From the IMG/VR virus record IMGVR_UViG_3300043540_000091, positions 1 through 64,000 of that record: 64,000 nt of DNA; one strand, given 5' to 3'. The DNA is from a virus. Below the pieces are notes generated by a model that ran no database searches, was not told where the DNA came from, and was given only the letters and a program-made list of their open reading frames with translations. Shown piece after piece: positions 18,955 to 27,689 of the stretch (position 1 is its first letter; each line of letters starts with the position of its first letter). Both the position numbers and the translations under genes were made by a program.

Positions 18955-21228
18955 TTACCCCTGCTGTCCGCGTGGCATGCGATTCTTTGTTCCGGTAACG
19001 GGAGCTGTAGGAGATGAACCTTTATTATCAGCAGCGCTCTTGTTGTATCTTTCGCCAGCTTCACGCACAGCCGTTGCGGTCCTTGTAAAGCCATCCACGA
19101 TACTGTCCATGATAGCGCTCGTGACTTCCTTGCCAGTTCCCGCGATTGCCTCTTTTACGGCAGCGTCTATCTGTCGCTGAAGATCGGCCTGGGCCTTGTT
19201 CGTCTTGTCACCTCCAGAGTCAGCCAGCATATTGAAGCCCTTCATGCTGGTGTCGCCAGTACCTGCGCCTTCCTTGAACATTCCCTCACTGGCTTGTTGG
19301 AACGTAGCTCCGCCAGCTTGAGTATTCTCGAAGGCCTTCTTATTCTCAGTGTATAGAGTTGTAACGTCGCCTTTGGTAGCGGCATTCAGCTTCTTAAGTT
19401 CATCTCCACCAATGGTGTCCTTTACCATGTTGCTGTACGTGCCTATGACACCTCGTAAAGCTTCGCGGACTTTAGACGCGGTCATGCCTCCGCCGACGTA
19501 TCTTGCGATAGCATCGTGCGTCTTCCGATTGCCCAGGCCCATCTTCATGAATGTGTCGATAGCGAAAGCGTTAGTTACACCAAGCTCTCTCAACTTCGAG
19601 ATGGTCATGGCAGACATGGCGGAAGATCCGCCGTTCATCAAATTGTCCACGGTCTGCGTGGCTGTTATACCCTGCTGAACTCCCTCGACCTTATTGAAAC
19701 CTGGAGCGTTTGCAGATATTGCACCAGACACAGATGCGCCAACAGATCCAAAATCCTGGCTTGCTCCGGAGTTGGCCATCAGTCCGGATACATATCCGGC
19801 CAGCGATCTGTTAGCAGCTACGTCGGTAGCATGGAGTCCAGCGCCAGCGAGTACTCCGGTCATCTGATTGTTCACTGCCGTGAGAGATGAGCCTGACAAG
19901 GCCGAAACCCTGATCATCTGCTGTCTGGTCGTATCGTCGTATCCAGATCGGAACATGGCGTTGGCGAACATTGCCTGGTCACGCATGTCACGCCGCGTCG
20001 GATTCAGGCCTTGAGCGATCATCATGTTGATGATTGGGTTCGCGCGGTCCATGCTGACGCCGTTTGCAGCGTAGTTCAATGATATATTGTGAGCGCCGTG
20101 GATGGTATTGATCCTTTGAAGATCTCCAAGCTCTGCGTTCTCTCGGAGCTGCATCTGTGCGGCATTACCAAACACGACGCCGTAAGCTTCCTTGTCTCTC
20201 GCGCGAAGTGCGGCTTGTTCCTCAGCTCTTATCTGCGCATACGGCTTGTTCGCAGCCGTGAAGGATGACGCCATCATACCGATACCGCCGCCAGCCGCGA
20301 GAAGGCTGAGACCTCCAGAAGGTATCGCTCCGAGCACGGATGCCGCAAGAGCTGCAGCGCCAGCACCAAACCGTGCATACGGGTTCTGTACGAGATATTG
20401 TCCGGTGACGGACATCCTGTTCCAGATACTGTCGTTGGCGGCGTTTTCAAGTCCTCCGCCGAACTTGTTCACCATGAGAGTGGTCGGATCTCCCGCCATG
20501 GCTTCCTGAGCAGCGCCTCTCTTCAGTCTCTGCTGCGCGATCCACGCGTCGGCTTCCTTGGTGTAAAGCTCCTGCATTCCAAGTCTACCGGCTACGCTCA
20601 TCACCTGACCGGCAGCGTATGGCAATCCCGCCACTGCTGCGCCTGCCATGATAGCTCCGCCTACGGTAGCATACTGGCCGAGACCGTACTTGGAAGCGAA
20701 CGCATGAGCACCTTCGCTGATCGGCTGCTTGATAAACAGCTCGCGCTGCAGCTGAGCCTTCTCCGATGCGATGGCCGTCCCCTGAGCCCTCAGACTGTTC
20801 AGTTCGCGCTGGTGGTTGGAGATACCCTCTTGGTAATCCTGCTCGTTCATCGTCTTTCGACGCGACTTGAAGGACTCGAGAGCGTTCTCAGATTCCTTGA
20901 TCTTGTTCAGGATCTTGTCTGACTCAAGCTCGAAGTTCTTGACTTCCTGTTTCATCGCGTCGATGATGCCGCGATACGACTTGCCCAAGAACTCGTTTGA
21001 TCGGCGGTTCAGTTCATCGAACCGGTTGAACAACCCGTTGATGCCGCCGCCGGTCTTGTTCAAGGTTTCGAGAGATTGCTGGAACTCCTTGAGGCGGGAG
21101 TCGACGCCGTGAAGAGCATAGTCGCCGACTCGACCAAAGTCGTTCATCCGCTCTTCGGCGCGCTTGAGCAGGTCGAGCACCTGCTCCATGCCGTTCATTT
21201 TAGCCTCGAACGTCAGCTTAGCTGCCAT
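18955..21228 (-). CDS. tail tape measure protein
   Basis: Ala/Gly-rich helical 757-aa protein with hydrophobic segments, downstream of the tail chaperones. Confidence 0.7.
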   Translation of the reverse strand: MAAKLTFEAKMNGMEQVLDLLKRAEERMNDFGRVGDYALHGVDSRLKEFQQSLETLNKTGGGINGLFNRFDELNRRSNEFLGKSYRGIIDAMKQEVKNFELESDKILNKIKESENALESFKSRRKTMNEQDYQEGISNHQRELNSLRAQGTAIASEKAQLQRELFIKQPISEGAHAFASKYGLGQYATVGGAIMAGAAVAGLPYAAGQVMSVAGRLGMQELYTKEADAWIAQQRLKRGAAQEAMAGDPTTLMVNKFGGGLENAANDSIWNRMSVTGQYLVQNPYARFGAGAAALAASVLGAIPSGGLSLLAAGGGIGMMASSFTAANKPYAQIRAEEQAALRARDKEAYGVVFGNAAQMQLRENAELGDLQRINTIHGAHNISLNYAANGVSMDRANPIINMMIAQGLNPTRRDMRDQAMFANAMFRSGYDDTTRQQMIRVSALSGSSLTAVNNQMTGVLAGAGLHATDVAANRSLAGYVSGLMANSGASQDFGSVGASVSGAISANAPGFNKVEGVQQGITATQTVDNLMNGGSSAMSAMTISKLRELGVTNAFAIDTFMKMGLGNRKTHDAIARYVGGGMTASKVREALRGVIGTYSNMVKDTIGGDELKKLNAATKGDVTTLYTENKKAFENTQAGGATFQQASEGMFKEGAGTGDTSMKGFNMLADSGGDKTNKAQADLQRQIDAAVKEAIAGTGKEVTSAIMDSIVDGFTRTATAVREAGERYNKSAADNKGSSPTAPVTGTKNRMPRGQQG

Positions 21229-21694
21229 AGATCATCTTGTCGCTTTTCTTAAGATTGTCAATAGCCCATAAAGTCTGAAGATTAGTAAAATGAAACGCCT
21301 TTCTTACTTCAGAAGCGTCGCGCATGTCGAATGAGGATGGAGGTATGATGTGATCTATATGCCACTCGCCGTGATTGTCCCAAGACATTTCAGGCTTAAA
21401 CATAGACTGAAGATGAGTTTTTAGCTCTGAGACTGAGCATCCAAGAAGGCCTACGGTCGTGTACTGGCACTTTCTTTCCTTTAGCACTTCTTTCAGCCTG
21501 TTGCGAAGATAACGCTTGATCTTGAACTGCACGTCGGTCTTTAATCTGACTCGCTCGCGCTCAAGAGCTTTAGCTTTAACCTTTTCCCAATTCTTTTCAC
21601 GATACACAGCATTACGAGCAAGAATCTTGTCGCGATTCTTTTCGTAATAGAGTCTTTCTGCCTGCTTAGCGGTTTCGACGTCTTTATAGGCCAT
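21218..21694 (-). CDS. HNH homing endonuclease
   Basis: MSWDNHGEWHIDHIIP...FHFTNLQTLWAIDNLKKSDK HNH motif; AT-richer than neighbours. Confidence 0.85.
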   Translation of the reverse strand: MAYKDVETAKQAERLYYEKNRDKILARNAVYREKNWEKVKAKALERERVRLKTDVQFKIKRYLRNRLKEVLKERKCQYTTVGLLGCSVSELKTHLQSMFKPEMSWDNHGEWHIDHIIPPSSFDMRDASEVRKAFHFTNLQTLWAIDNLKKSDKMIYGS

Positions 21695-22194
21695 TAATCA
21701 AGTCCTTCATCGTCGGGGAACGGATCTTCGCCCTGAACGAAACGTGTGGTAGGTCTTGAATCAAGATTAGGCTCCTGGGAAGAAGCCTTCGGAACACTCT
21801 TATTTCCGTTTTTACCAGACATTACGGGAGCTTGCTTGTTAAGCTTCTTCTCGATCTCGGCCAACTCCTGTTGATACCAGTCGTCATCCTCAGCTTCAGC
21901 CTCAGCCTGCTCCTCCTGGCCTTTGGTCGTGCTACCCGCAACGGTATCTTCTATGATACGATCGAACCGTTCCAGCACCTCGTCACTGTCCGAGTTGCGA
22001 AGCTTCCAGTACGTATCCTCGAACCATGTCTTGATCACTTCCTCGTCGGCCATCTCCATGACGTCGGCGAGGGGAGTGTGAAACTCACGAGAGTACCATC
22101 GACACAATGACTTGTACCAGGCGTCGTAGGTGTACCCATCGGCGTGAGCAAGGGCTATCACCCTCAACGCCTTAAGCGTATCGGGCTTAATCAT
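21694..22194 (-). CDS. tail assembly chaperone (second)
   Basis: synteny before the tape measure; RWYSREFHTP motif, acidic C-terminus. Confidence 0.55.
   Translation of the reverse strand: MIKPDTLKALRVIALAHADGYTYDAWYKSLCRWYSREFHTPLADVMEMADEEVIKTWFEDTYWKLRNSDSDEVLERFDRIIEDTVAGSTTKGQEEQAEAEAEDDDWYQQELAEIEKKLNKQAPVMSGKNGNKSVPKASSQEPNLDSRPTTRFVQGEDPFPDDEGLD
21763..21771 (-). promoter_or_regulatory. putative late promoter CCTAATCTT (inside chaperone 3' end, upstream of HNH and tape measure)
   Basis: exact motif copy about 69 nt before the HNH start. Confidence 0.5.
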
Positions 22195-22200
22195 ATGATT

Positions 22201-22617
22201 TTACTCAGCTTCTTGGTCGCGAGTGTCAACTTTCTTGACGCTCTTGGCGAGAGTCTTGAGAGCCTTCTCAGATTGAGACTGAAGCTCCTTCTCGCGTTCG
22301 GCGATTGCATCCTCGGTCAGCTTGTAAAGCTCGCCGATGACGTTCTCATCTTCCAGCTCGAGGCCGCCGTCCGAGTTCTTCCACCAGTCCGGACCGTCGA
22401 CGATGCGAACGTACAGGAGGCCAAGCATGAACGCTTCTCCCTGCAGCGCTGGCGGCGCGGATGCGGCGTTACCACCTAAGATGAAGCGACGGCGCTCGTC
22501 GGCCAAGAAGTTCTCTCGGCGATTCAAGACCGTCTTCACGGTGATCTTGCCCTGATAGGGCTTACCGGTACGGGTACCAGTAGTACTGATGGATACGGTT
22601 GACGTTGTTTCGGCCAT
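22201..22617 (-). CDS. tail assembly chaperone
   Basis: GKPYQGKITVK...LYVRIVDGPDWW...VIGELY pattern resembles myovirus chaperones; synteny. Confidence 0.65.
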   Translation of the reverse strand: MAETTSTVSISTTGTRTGKPYQGKITVKTVLNRRENFLADERRRFILGGNAASAPPALQGEAFMLGLLYVRIVDGPDWWKNSDGGLELEDENVIGELYKLTEDAIAEREKELQSQSEKALKTLAKSVKKVDTRDQEAE

Positions 22618-22666
22618 GATAGGACCTCCTGTGAACCGATAATACTACATTTTGTGGGATGTAGAC

Positions 22667-22675
22667 AAGATTAGG
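22667..22675 (-). promoter_or_regulatory. putative late promoter CCTAATCTT, overlapping a divergent sigma70-like promoter (TAGACA 22662, TGnTATGAT to 22689)
   Basis: motif in the intergenic region upstream of the chaperone operon. Confidence 0.7.
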
Positions 22676-22695
22676 ATCTATGGTATGATCATTAC

Positions 22696-23136
22696 ATGAC
22701 TTTTGAACCAAATAACGTACACATCCTAGGCCTGTCTCCCAAGGACCAGTATGTGCTACGTCTGCTCATGACGAACCTGATGGCAGGGTACATCGACAAG
22801 GCAGTGGGAGACGCTGCCAACATAAGGACGCTGGAAGTCGTGGACAAGGCCGCGCAGCGGACCGTGTCGCTCTTCACGAGATTCTGTGACTTCGTCGATA
22901 TGCTGTGTCCCGAGTCGATGCTTGGAAGGGCCAAGCCGAAGGTCCTGATGATCAAGCCCGAACTCATGAAGTATGTTGTCGGCGCGTGCAACGGATGGAA
23001 CGCGTACAACAACTACCTGAACTCTGAGCAGCGGTCGATGGTCGCAGGCTCGTTCGACGCGATCAACATGAAGATTGTAGAATCTTACAAGTATACCTAT
23101 AACAAGTGGGAGATAGAGGGAGCCCGAAAGGGTTAG
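22696..23136 (+). CDS. hypothetical protein, probably leaderless
   Basis: 146-aa ORF; ATG 6 nt after TATGAT. Confidence 0.7.
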   Translation: MTFEPNNVHILGLSPKDQYVLRLLMTNLMAGYIDKAVGDAANIRTLEVVDKAAQRTVSLFTRFCDFVDMLCPESMLGRAKPKVLMIKPELMKYVVGACNGWNAYNNYLNSEQRSMVAGSFDAINMKIVESYKYTYNKWEIEGARKG

Positions 23137-23144
23137 GAGATCAT

Positions 23145-24029
23145 ATGAAGATGTACATATTCGACGTTTCAAATATATTCTACCGTGCGTTCTACGCGAA
23201 CAATCTCGCAACGTCCTATGGATTCCCAACAGGCGGACTCCATGGGTTCCTGCGCATGTCGCTCAGCATCATCCGCGACGCAAGGCCTGAGCTGGTAGCG
23301 TTCGCGATGGAAGGCGAAGGTCCTTCGCCTCGCAAGCAGATCGAGCCATTGTACAAGGCCAACCGTACGGACGTGCCGCCGGAGCTGAAGCAGCAACTTG
23401 CGGTGCTTCCGGAGCTGATGCACGTCATGGGCTTCCCGACTTTCAAGTTCCAGAGCTTCGAGGCTGACGACATCATCGCCAGTATAGTCAAGCTCGCGCT
23501 CAAGCAGGGCATCGAGCCCGTCATCGTCTCGTCCGACAAGGACTTCTGCCAGCTGGTCCAGGGACCGGTCAAGATGTACAACATCGGCAAGGAGGAGATG
23601 GTCGACGAGAACGGCGTGTTCGCACGATACGGCATTCGTCCAGATCAGTTCATAGACTACCTCTCGATCGTCGGAGATACCTCTGACAACATCCAAGGAG
23701 TGAAGGGTGTTGGTCCCAAGGGAGCTGAGAAACTTCTGCAGGAGTACGGGACGCTCGATGCTATCTACCAGAATGTAGGCCTCATCAAGGGGGCGACTCA
23801 GAAGAAATTGATCGAGTCGAAGGATCAGGTCTTCAGGGCTCGCGAGCTTGTGAAGTTCATGGACGTTCCGTTCATCGCAGACCTGCGCACTGTGTGCAAC
23901 TGGGCTGGTCCGCGCCGCGCTGAATGCATCGACTTCCTCAAGAAGTATGAGTTCAGAGAGATCGAGTCGATCCTGTTCCGTACCGAGGTAGTCACCGTTG
24001 GTGGAGTTGAGATAGGAGTTCGCCGATGA
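23145..24029 (+). CDS. 5'-3' exonuclease / flap endonuclease (PolA N-terminal-like)
   Basis: FDVSNIFYRAFY, YKANR, EADDIIAS, SSDKDF, GDTSDNIQGVKGVGPKGA motifs. Confidence 0.95.
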   Translation: MKMYIFDVSNIFYRAFYANNLATSYGFPTGGLHGFLRMSLSIIRDARPELVAFAMEGEGPSPRKQIEPLYKANRTDVPPELKQQLAVLPELMHVMGFPTFKFQSFEADDIIASIVKLALKQGIEPVIVSSDKDFCQLVQGPVKMYNIGKEEMVDENGVFARYGIRPDQFIDYLSIVGDTSDNIQGVKGVGPKGAEKLLQEYGTLDAIYQNVGLIKGATQKKLIESKDQVFRARELVKFMDVPFIADLRTVCNWAGPRRAECIDFLKKYEFREIESILFRTEVVTVGGVEIGVRR

Positions 24030-24499
24030 AACAAGTACTCATCCGCAAGAATGATCAGATCAAGGAGCTTAGCGGCAGCCGCATCTCCTTCTATCACAAG
24101 ACTGACAATCCAGAACCAAACGCGCATCTTGGCGTAAGCGTGTCGGACCGCCAGATCACCAAGCTGGTCTTCCCGTTCGCTGCCAAGATCGTGTCGGGAG
24201 GTACTCTTGACATAGACTTCTCTCTACCAGAGAACGTCGCATCGAAGGGTATCACTCTCCTGGGAGCTTACTGGGACGGCACGAAGGTGACCGCCTATCT
24301 GCGCTCCATCCTGGATCTTCCACAGTGGATTCCTGAAGAAGAGCCGGTTCTGATCGGTACGCTCGTGCAAGTCACGACCATGCGACAGATCGAAGATGCG
24401 CTGCTCGGCGACTACAAGCTGAACGAGGAGAAGTCTGGTGCTGCGCTAGTGCTCGAGAAGGAAGAACCCAAACCAAAGAAGCGCGGACGGAATAAGTGA
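24026..24499 (+). CDS. hypothetical protein, possible degenerate dUTPase-like fold
   Basis: ASKGITLL...DG...YL...IPEEEPVLIGTLVQV spacing resembles trimeric dUTPase but lacks the catalytic motifs. Confidence 0.45.
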   Translation: MKQVLIRKNDQIKELSGSRISFYHKTDNPEPNAHLGVSVSDRQITKLVFPFAAKIVSGGTLDIDFSLPENVASKGITLLGAYWDGTKVTAYLRSILDLPQWIPEEEPVLIGTLVQVTTMRQIEDALLGDYKLNEEKSGAALVLEKEEPKPKKRGRNK

Positions 24500-25167
24500 T
24501 GCTTGGCAAGCCTCTGTTCGCAACCAGCGACTGGCACATCGGTCATGAGAAGGCTATTGAATATGACAAGAGGCCTTTCAAGAATCTTGATCACATGCAC
24601 GAGTCCCTGATCACTCGATACAACGCTACCGTTCCAGAGAACGGAGTGTGCATGTTCCTCGGTGACATGAGCAACAGGCCTGAGGAGATGCGCAAGGTCA
24701 TCAGCCGACTTAACGGAACGAAGATCCTATTCCTAGGCAATCACGACAAGGGTATGGGTACGATGTACAACTGCGGCTTCGACTTCGTCCTATGGGGAGG
24801 GGTGATGTACATCGGCGACATCCGAGTGACGATCAGTCACTGTCCTCTTCTCGGCGTGTGGCGCGAAGATACCTCCAACATGGGCAGGCGCAAGAAGATG
24901 ACCGAGCAGGAGAAGCGCAACAACCCTCCTGAGAACTGGCATGGCGAGACGCGCGAGAAGCATCGCATGTCGTCCATGACGGATGAAGGACAGTTCCACC
25001 TGCACGGCCACATCCACAGTACAGACTGGAAGACTCAGAGTCAGAAGATCCTCGGCAAGCAGTTCGACGTCGGAGTGACGGCCAACAACTACACTCCCGT
25101 GAGCTGGAGCACCATCGTGTCATGGGTAATGAAGATGTCGAACAAGGAGTTTAAGGATGAAGGATAA
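24496..25167 (+). CDS. calcineurin-like metallophosphoesterase
   Basis: SDWHIGH, LGD, GNHD, SHCP, HGHIH motifs. Confidence 0.9.
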   Translation: MMLGKPLFATSDWHIGHEKAIEYDKRPFKNLDHMHESLITRYNATVPENGVCMFLGDMSNRPEEMRKVISRLNGTKILFLGNHDKGMGTMYNCGFDFVLWGGVMYIGDIRVTISHCPLLGVWREDTSNMGRRKKMTEQEKRNNPPENWHGETREKHRMSSMTDEGQFHLHGHIHSTDWKTQSQKILGKQFDVGVTANNYTPVSWSTIVSWVMKMSNKEFKDEG

Positions 25168-25378
25168 CGTCGGGAACGAGATCTATCAGGGAGATATCAT
25201 AGAACTCGTCAACTGTCACATGGCCATCGACGGTATGCTCAGTCTAGTGAAGCAGTATGCCGTCATAGGGCTTCGCGAAGACGAAGGTAGGGTTGTCATA
25301 ATTGATGATCGTGGACTTGAAGGATGGTACAGGTCCGACAGGTTCGTAACCCGCCAGCACTTTTCGGAGTTACCTTAG
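25157..25378 (+). CDS. hypothetical protein (YopX-like start KDxxGxEIYxGDI)
   Basis: motif MKDNVGNEIYQGDII. Confidence 0.55.
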   Translation: MKDNVGNEIYQGDIIELVNCHMAIDGMLSLVKQYAVIGLREDEGRVVIIDDRGLEGWYRSDRFVTRQHFSELP

Positions 25379-25641
25379 TCTTGGGACGGAGGCGGTGGAG
25401 GAGGCAAGGCCTTCTGCGCGGCTTCAACTTCGATCTTCTTCTGCCAAACCTTACCACCGAACGCAGCGCCCACGAAGACGCCTACCAGAGTGGCTAGGCC
25501 GACGAGATCAGACTTCACGTCGAGACCATGGATCGCGAGATAGCCTCCGATGAGGAGGCTGATGAAGGACATCACTCTGGTCGAGGATACCTTGGACTGT
25601 TCAGAGAAGAGGGCTTCTAGCCAGTCTCCGATTCTACTCAC
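25375..25641 (-). CDS. putative holin-like two-TM protein
   Basis: two hydrophobic helices (SSTRVMSFISLLIGG; LVGLATLVGVFVGAAFGGK), charged C-terminus. Confidence 0.55.
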   Translation of the reverse strand: MSRIGDWLEALFSEQSKVSSTRVMSFISLLIGGYLAIHGLDVKSDLVGLATLVGVFVGAAFGGKVWQKKIEVEAAQKALPPPPPPSQD

Positions 25642-26060
25642 AGCTTGATTACTCCGGTGATCTTAAGGATAATGGTAACGATCGCGGCGATAGCGGCGAT
25701 GATGGGAGCGGCTCCCTTGAGGAAGTTCCACGTCGCGATGAGCCATGTGATCGGCTTCTCTGCTATGATGAGGCGTTCGTTTATGATGATGTCTCGCTGC
25801 TTGATCTCTTCCTTGGTGAGACGGTTCATCTCTTTCAGCTCAAGGACGCCAGCGATGTGAGTCTTGAGTTCTGCGTTGTACACGGCCATGTTCTCGTTGA
25901 GTTTCGCAAGTTCTGCAGCCATGCGATCGGACTGACGCATGTAGCTGTCCATATTAACTTCTTGCTTGGCTACCGTGACTTCCAGCGCGGAGATCTTCTC
26001 CGTCTGCTGATCCTGCTTCTCGTGCAACCTGTCTAACGACTTCTTCAACTCCGAACTCAT
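25638..26060 (-). CDS. coiled-coil protein with C-terminal TM (holin/XhlA-like)
   Basis: heptads followed by AAPIIAAIAAIVTIILKI. Confidence 0.55.
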   Translation of the reverse strand: MSSELKKSLDRLHEKQDQQTEKISALEVTVAKQEVNMDSYMRQSDRMAAELAKLNENMAVYNAELKTHIAGVLELKEMNRLTKEEIKQRDIIINERLIIAEKPITWLIATWNFLKGAAPIIAAIAAIVTIILKITGVIKL

Positions 26061-26093
26061 TCAAGACCTCTGAAATAGTTGACTACATTGGTA

Positions 26094-26102
26094 AAGATTA
26101 GG
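26094..26102 (-). promoter_or_regulatory. putative late promoter CCTAATCTT
   Basis: overlaps the TAA stop of the upstream gene, ~34 nt before 26060. Confidence 0.7.
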
Positions 26103-26592
26103 ATAGACCTTTGGACTCCAGGAACGCATATATGTCATCTGGGCCAATCAGGTTTCTGTCCTTATCCGTCCATTCCCCGTATATCTCGCGCAGGATGAGG
26201 TAGGCCCATTCCGAGCAGTTCATTCCGTCATCGATGGGGTTCCTACCTATCTTGATGCCGACCTTGGCCGCCAGCCGGACTAGACCTATGCCTAGGTTCT
26301 GGAGGTAGCCGTATGAGGTTCCCGCATAGTCGTGGCAATCCTGCATGATGCGAGCGTACAACTCGTCCGAGATCTCGAGCTTCACTTCCTTCACGACCTG
26401 GTTGATCCTTAGGAAGGAGTTCTCGGCCATGGCCGCGCATCCGTGTCCGGTCTCTTGGCTGACCGTTCGATCAGAGAACTGCGGTTCCTGATACATGAAG
26501 TACACATGGCTGAACGGTCGTCCCATGCACCAACGAAGGATTATCGATCCTATCTTAGGGCTCTTAGAGAACCCAAACCATATGGTCTTCAT
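26098..26592 (-). CDS. permuted papain-like (NlpC/P60, YiiX-like) amidase
   Basis: His motif FSHVY precedes Cys motif NCSE; Y-G-Y and terminal P-D-D pattern. Confidence 0.75.
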   Translation of the reverse strand: MKTIWFGFSKSPKIGSIILRWCMGRPFSHVYFMYQEPQFSDRTVSQETGHGCAAMAENSFLRINQVVKEVKLEISDELYARIMQDCHDYAGTSYGYLQNLGIGLVRLAAKVGIKIGRNPIDDGMNCSEWAYLILREIYGEWTDKDRNLIGPDDIYAFLESKGLS

Positions 26593-26593
26593 G

Positions 26594-27688
26594 TTACATC
26601 ACCGTGGCCAAGATCAGGTTCGCGGCGTTCGTTACCTTGATGGCAGCAGAGGCTATGGAGGCGGCGTTCGTGGCCAACGTAGCGTTGGTAGACACCATCG
26701 TGCTGACCTCGGCTGCGAGGTTCGCAAGATCGGTCGCGAACGTGGACAGCTGGGTTCCGAACGTGGCTACATCGCCTGCCAGCAACGTCTCAGTTGCGGC
26801 GATGGCCGTGGCCGTGGAAGCCAAGCTGCTCGCCGACGCCGTCAGGCTGGTAGCAGAAGACGCGATGCTGCTCGCCGATGCCGTCAGGCTGGTAGCGGAT
26901 GCTCCGATCGAGGTGTTCAAGCCTGCAAGCGTGGTCAGGTCGGAAGCCAACGTTGAGAGATATCCTGACAATGCGGTGAGATCCGACTGGAACGCTGCGT
27001 GGTCTCCCTGGAAGGCTATATGGTCTGCCAAGAAGTTCGAGTGGTCCGCCTGGAAGTTCGCATGATCTCCAGTAAGATCCAGGTGATCCTGGTGTAGATC
27101 AGCATGATCGGCTTGGAACGCAGCGTCATCAGCTTGGAAGTTGGTATGATCCGTCTGGAAGTTGGTGTGATCCGTCTGGAAGTTGGTGTGATCCGTCTGG
27201 AAGTTGGCGTGATCAGCAGCCAGATCGGTCTCTGTATTCTGAAGCTGCGTGGCCGTGCTCTGCAACTGGTCAGGAAGGTTGGCCGTAGCTATCGCGGTGA
27301 CGTTGAGCGTGGCGGTGTTGTTGTCCAAGATGTTGTTCGCGGAGAACGCTCTCACGCCGACAGTGTATACCTGACCTTTCAAGAGATACGTTGTCTGATC
27401 TCCAAGCTGGATGAACCTAAGAGAAGTCCAGGTAGATCTTCCTTCTGCGACGATGTTAGATCCGACGAACAAGGATGCTGCCGGTACGCTCGCTCCCAAG
27501 GCGGCGTACACGATGTACCTTATAGGCGTTGCCGCTCCGTTGACTGCCGCGAGAGTCCACGATGCCTGGATAGATCCATCCACTCCGGCGGTCGCGGCGG
27601 TGATACCCGCAAATGACGGAGTGGTAGTGTTGGTCTGCGCTGTTGTACCAAAGGTCTTGGTCCAGAGGCCAGTCCAGGCGTAGCTCAT
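26594..27688 (-). CDS. fibre-like protein: FN3-like domain plus long coiled coil
   Basis: beta-sandwich N-terminus (ASW...YIVY...YTVGVRA) followed by DHxNFQx heptads. Confidence 0.7.
   Translation of the reverse strand: MSYAWTGLWTKTFGTTAQTNTTTPSFAGITAATAGVDGSIQASWTLAAVNGAATPIRYIVYAALGASVPAASLFVGSNIVAEGRSTWTSLRFIQLGDQTTYLLKGQVYTVGVRAFSANNILDNNTATLNVTAIATANLPDQLQSTATQLQNTETDLAADHANFQTDHTNFQTDHTNFQTDHTNFQADDAAFQADHADLHQDHLDLTGDHANFQADHSNFLADHIAFQGDHAAFQSDLTALSGYLSTLASDLTTLAGLNTSIGASATSLTASASSIASSATSLTASASSLASTATAIAATETLLAGDVATFGTQLSTFATDLANLAAEVSTMVSTNATLATNAASIASAAIKVTNAANLILATVM
26980..27215 (-). repeat. 21-bp tandem coding repeat (DHTNFQT heptads)
   Basis: near-perfect ctggaagttggtgtgatccgt units at ~27135-27214, degenerating towards 26980. 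Confidence 0.85.
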
Positions 27689-27689
27689 G

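Noticed and set aside
6722-20922. Many plus-strand ORFs over the baseplate and tail genes
   Set aside because: Shadow frames of long minus-strand structural genes
21694-22617. Programmed frameshift between tail chaperones (lambda G/GT type)
   Set aside because: The two ORFs are separated by a stop and 6 nt, the second has its own ATG, and no slippery heptamer was seen at the junction
27135-27214. Possible CRISPR array
   Set aside because: Repeats are contiguous 21-mers without spacers and are in-frame coding heptads; no cas genes seen
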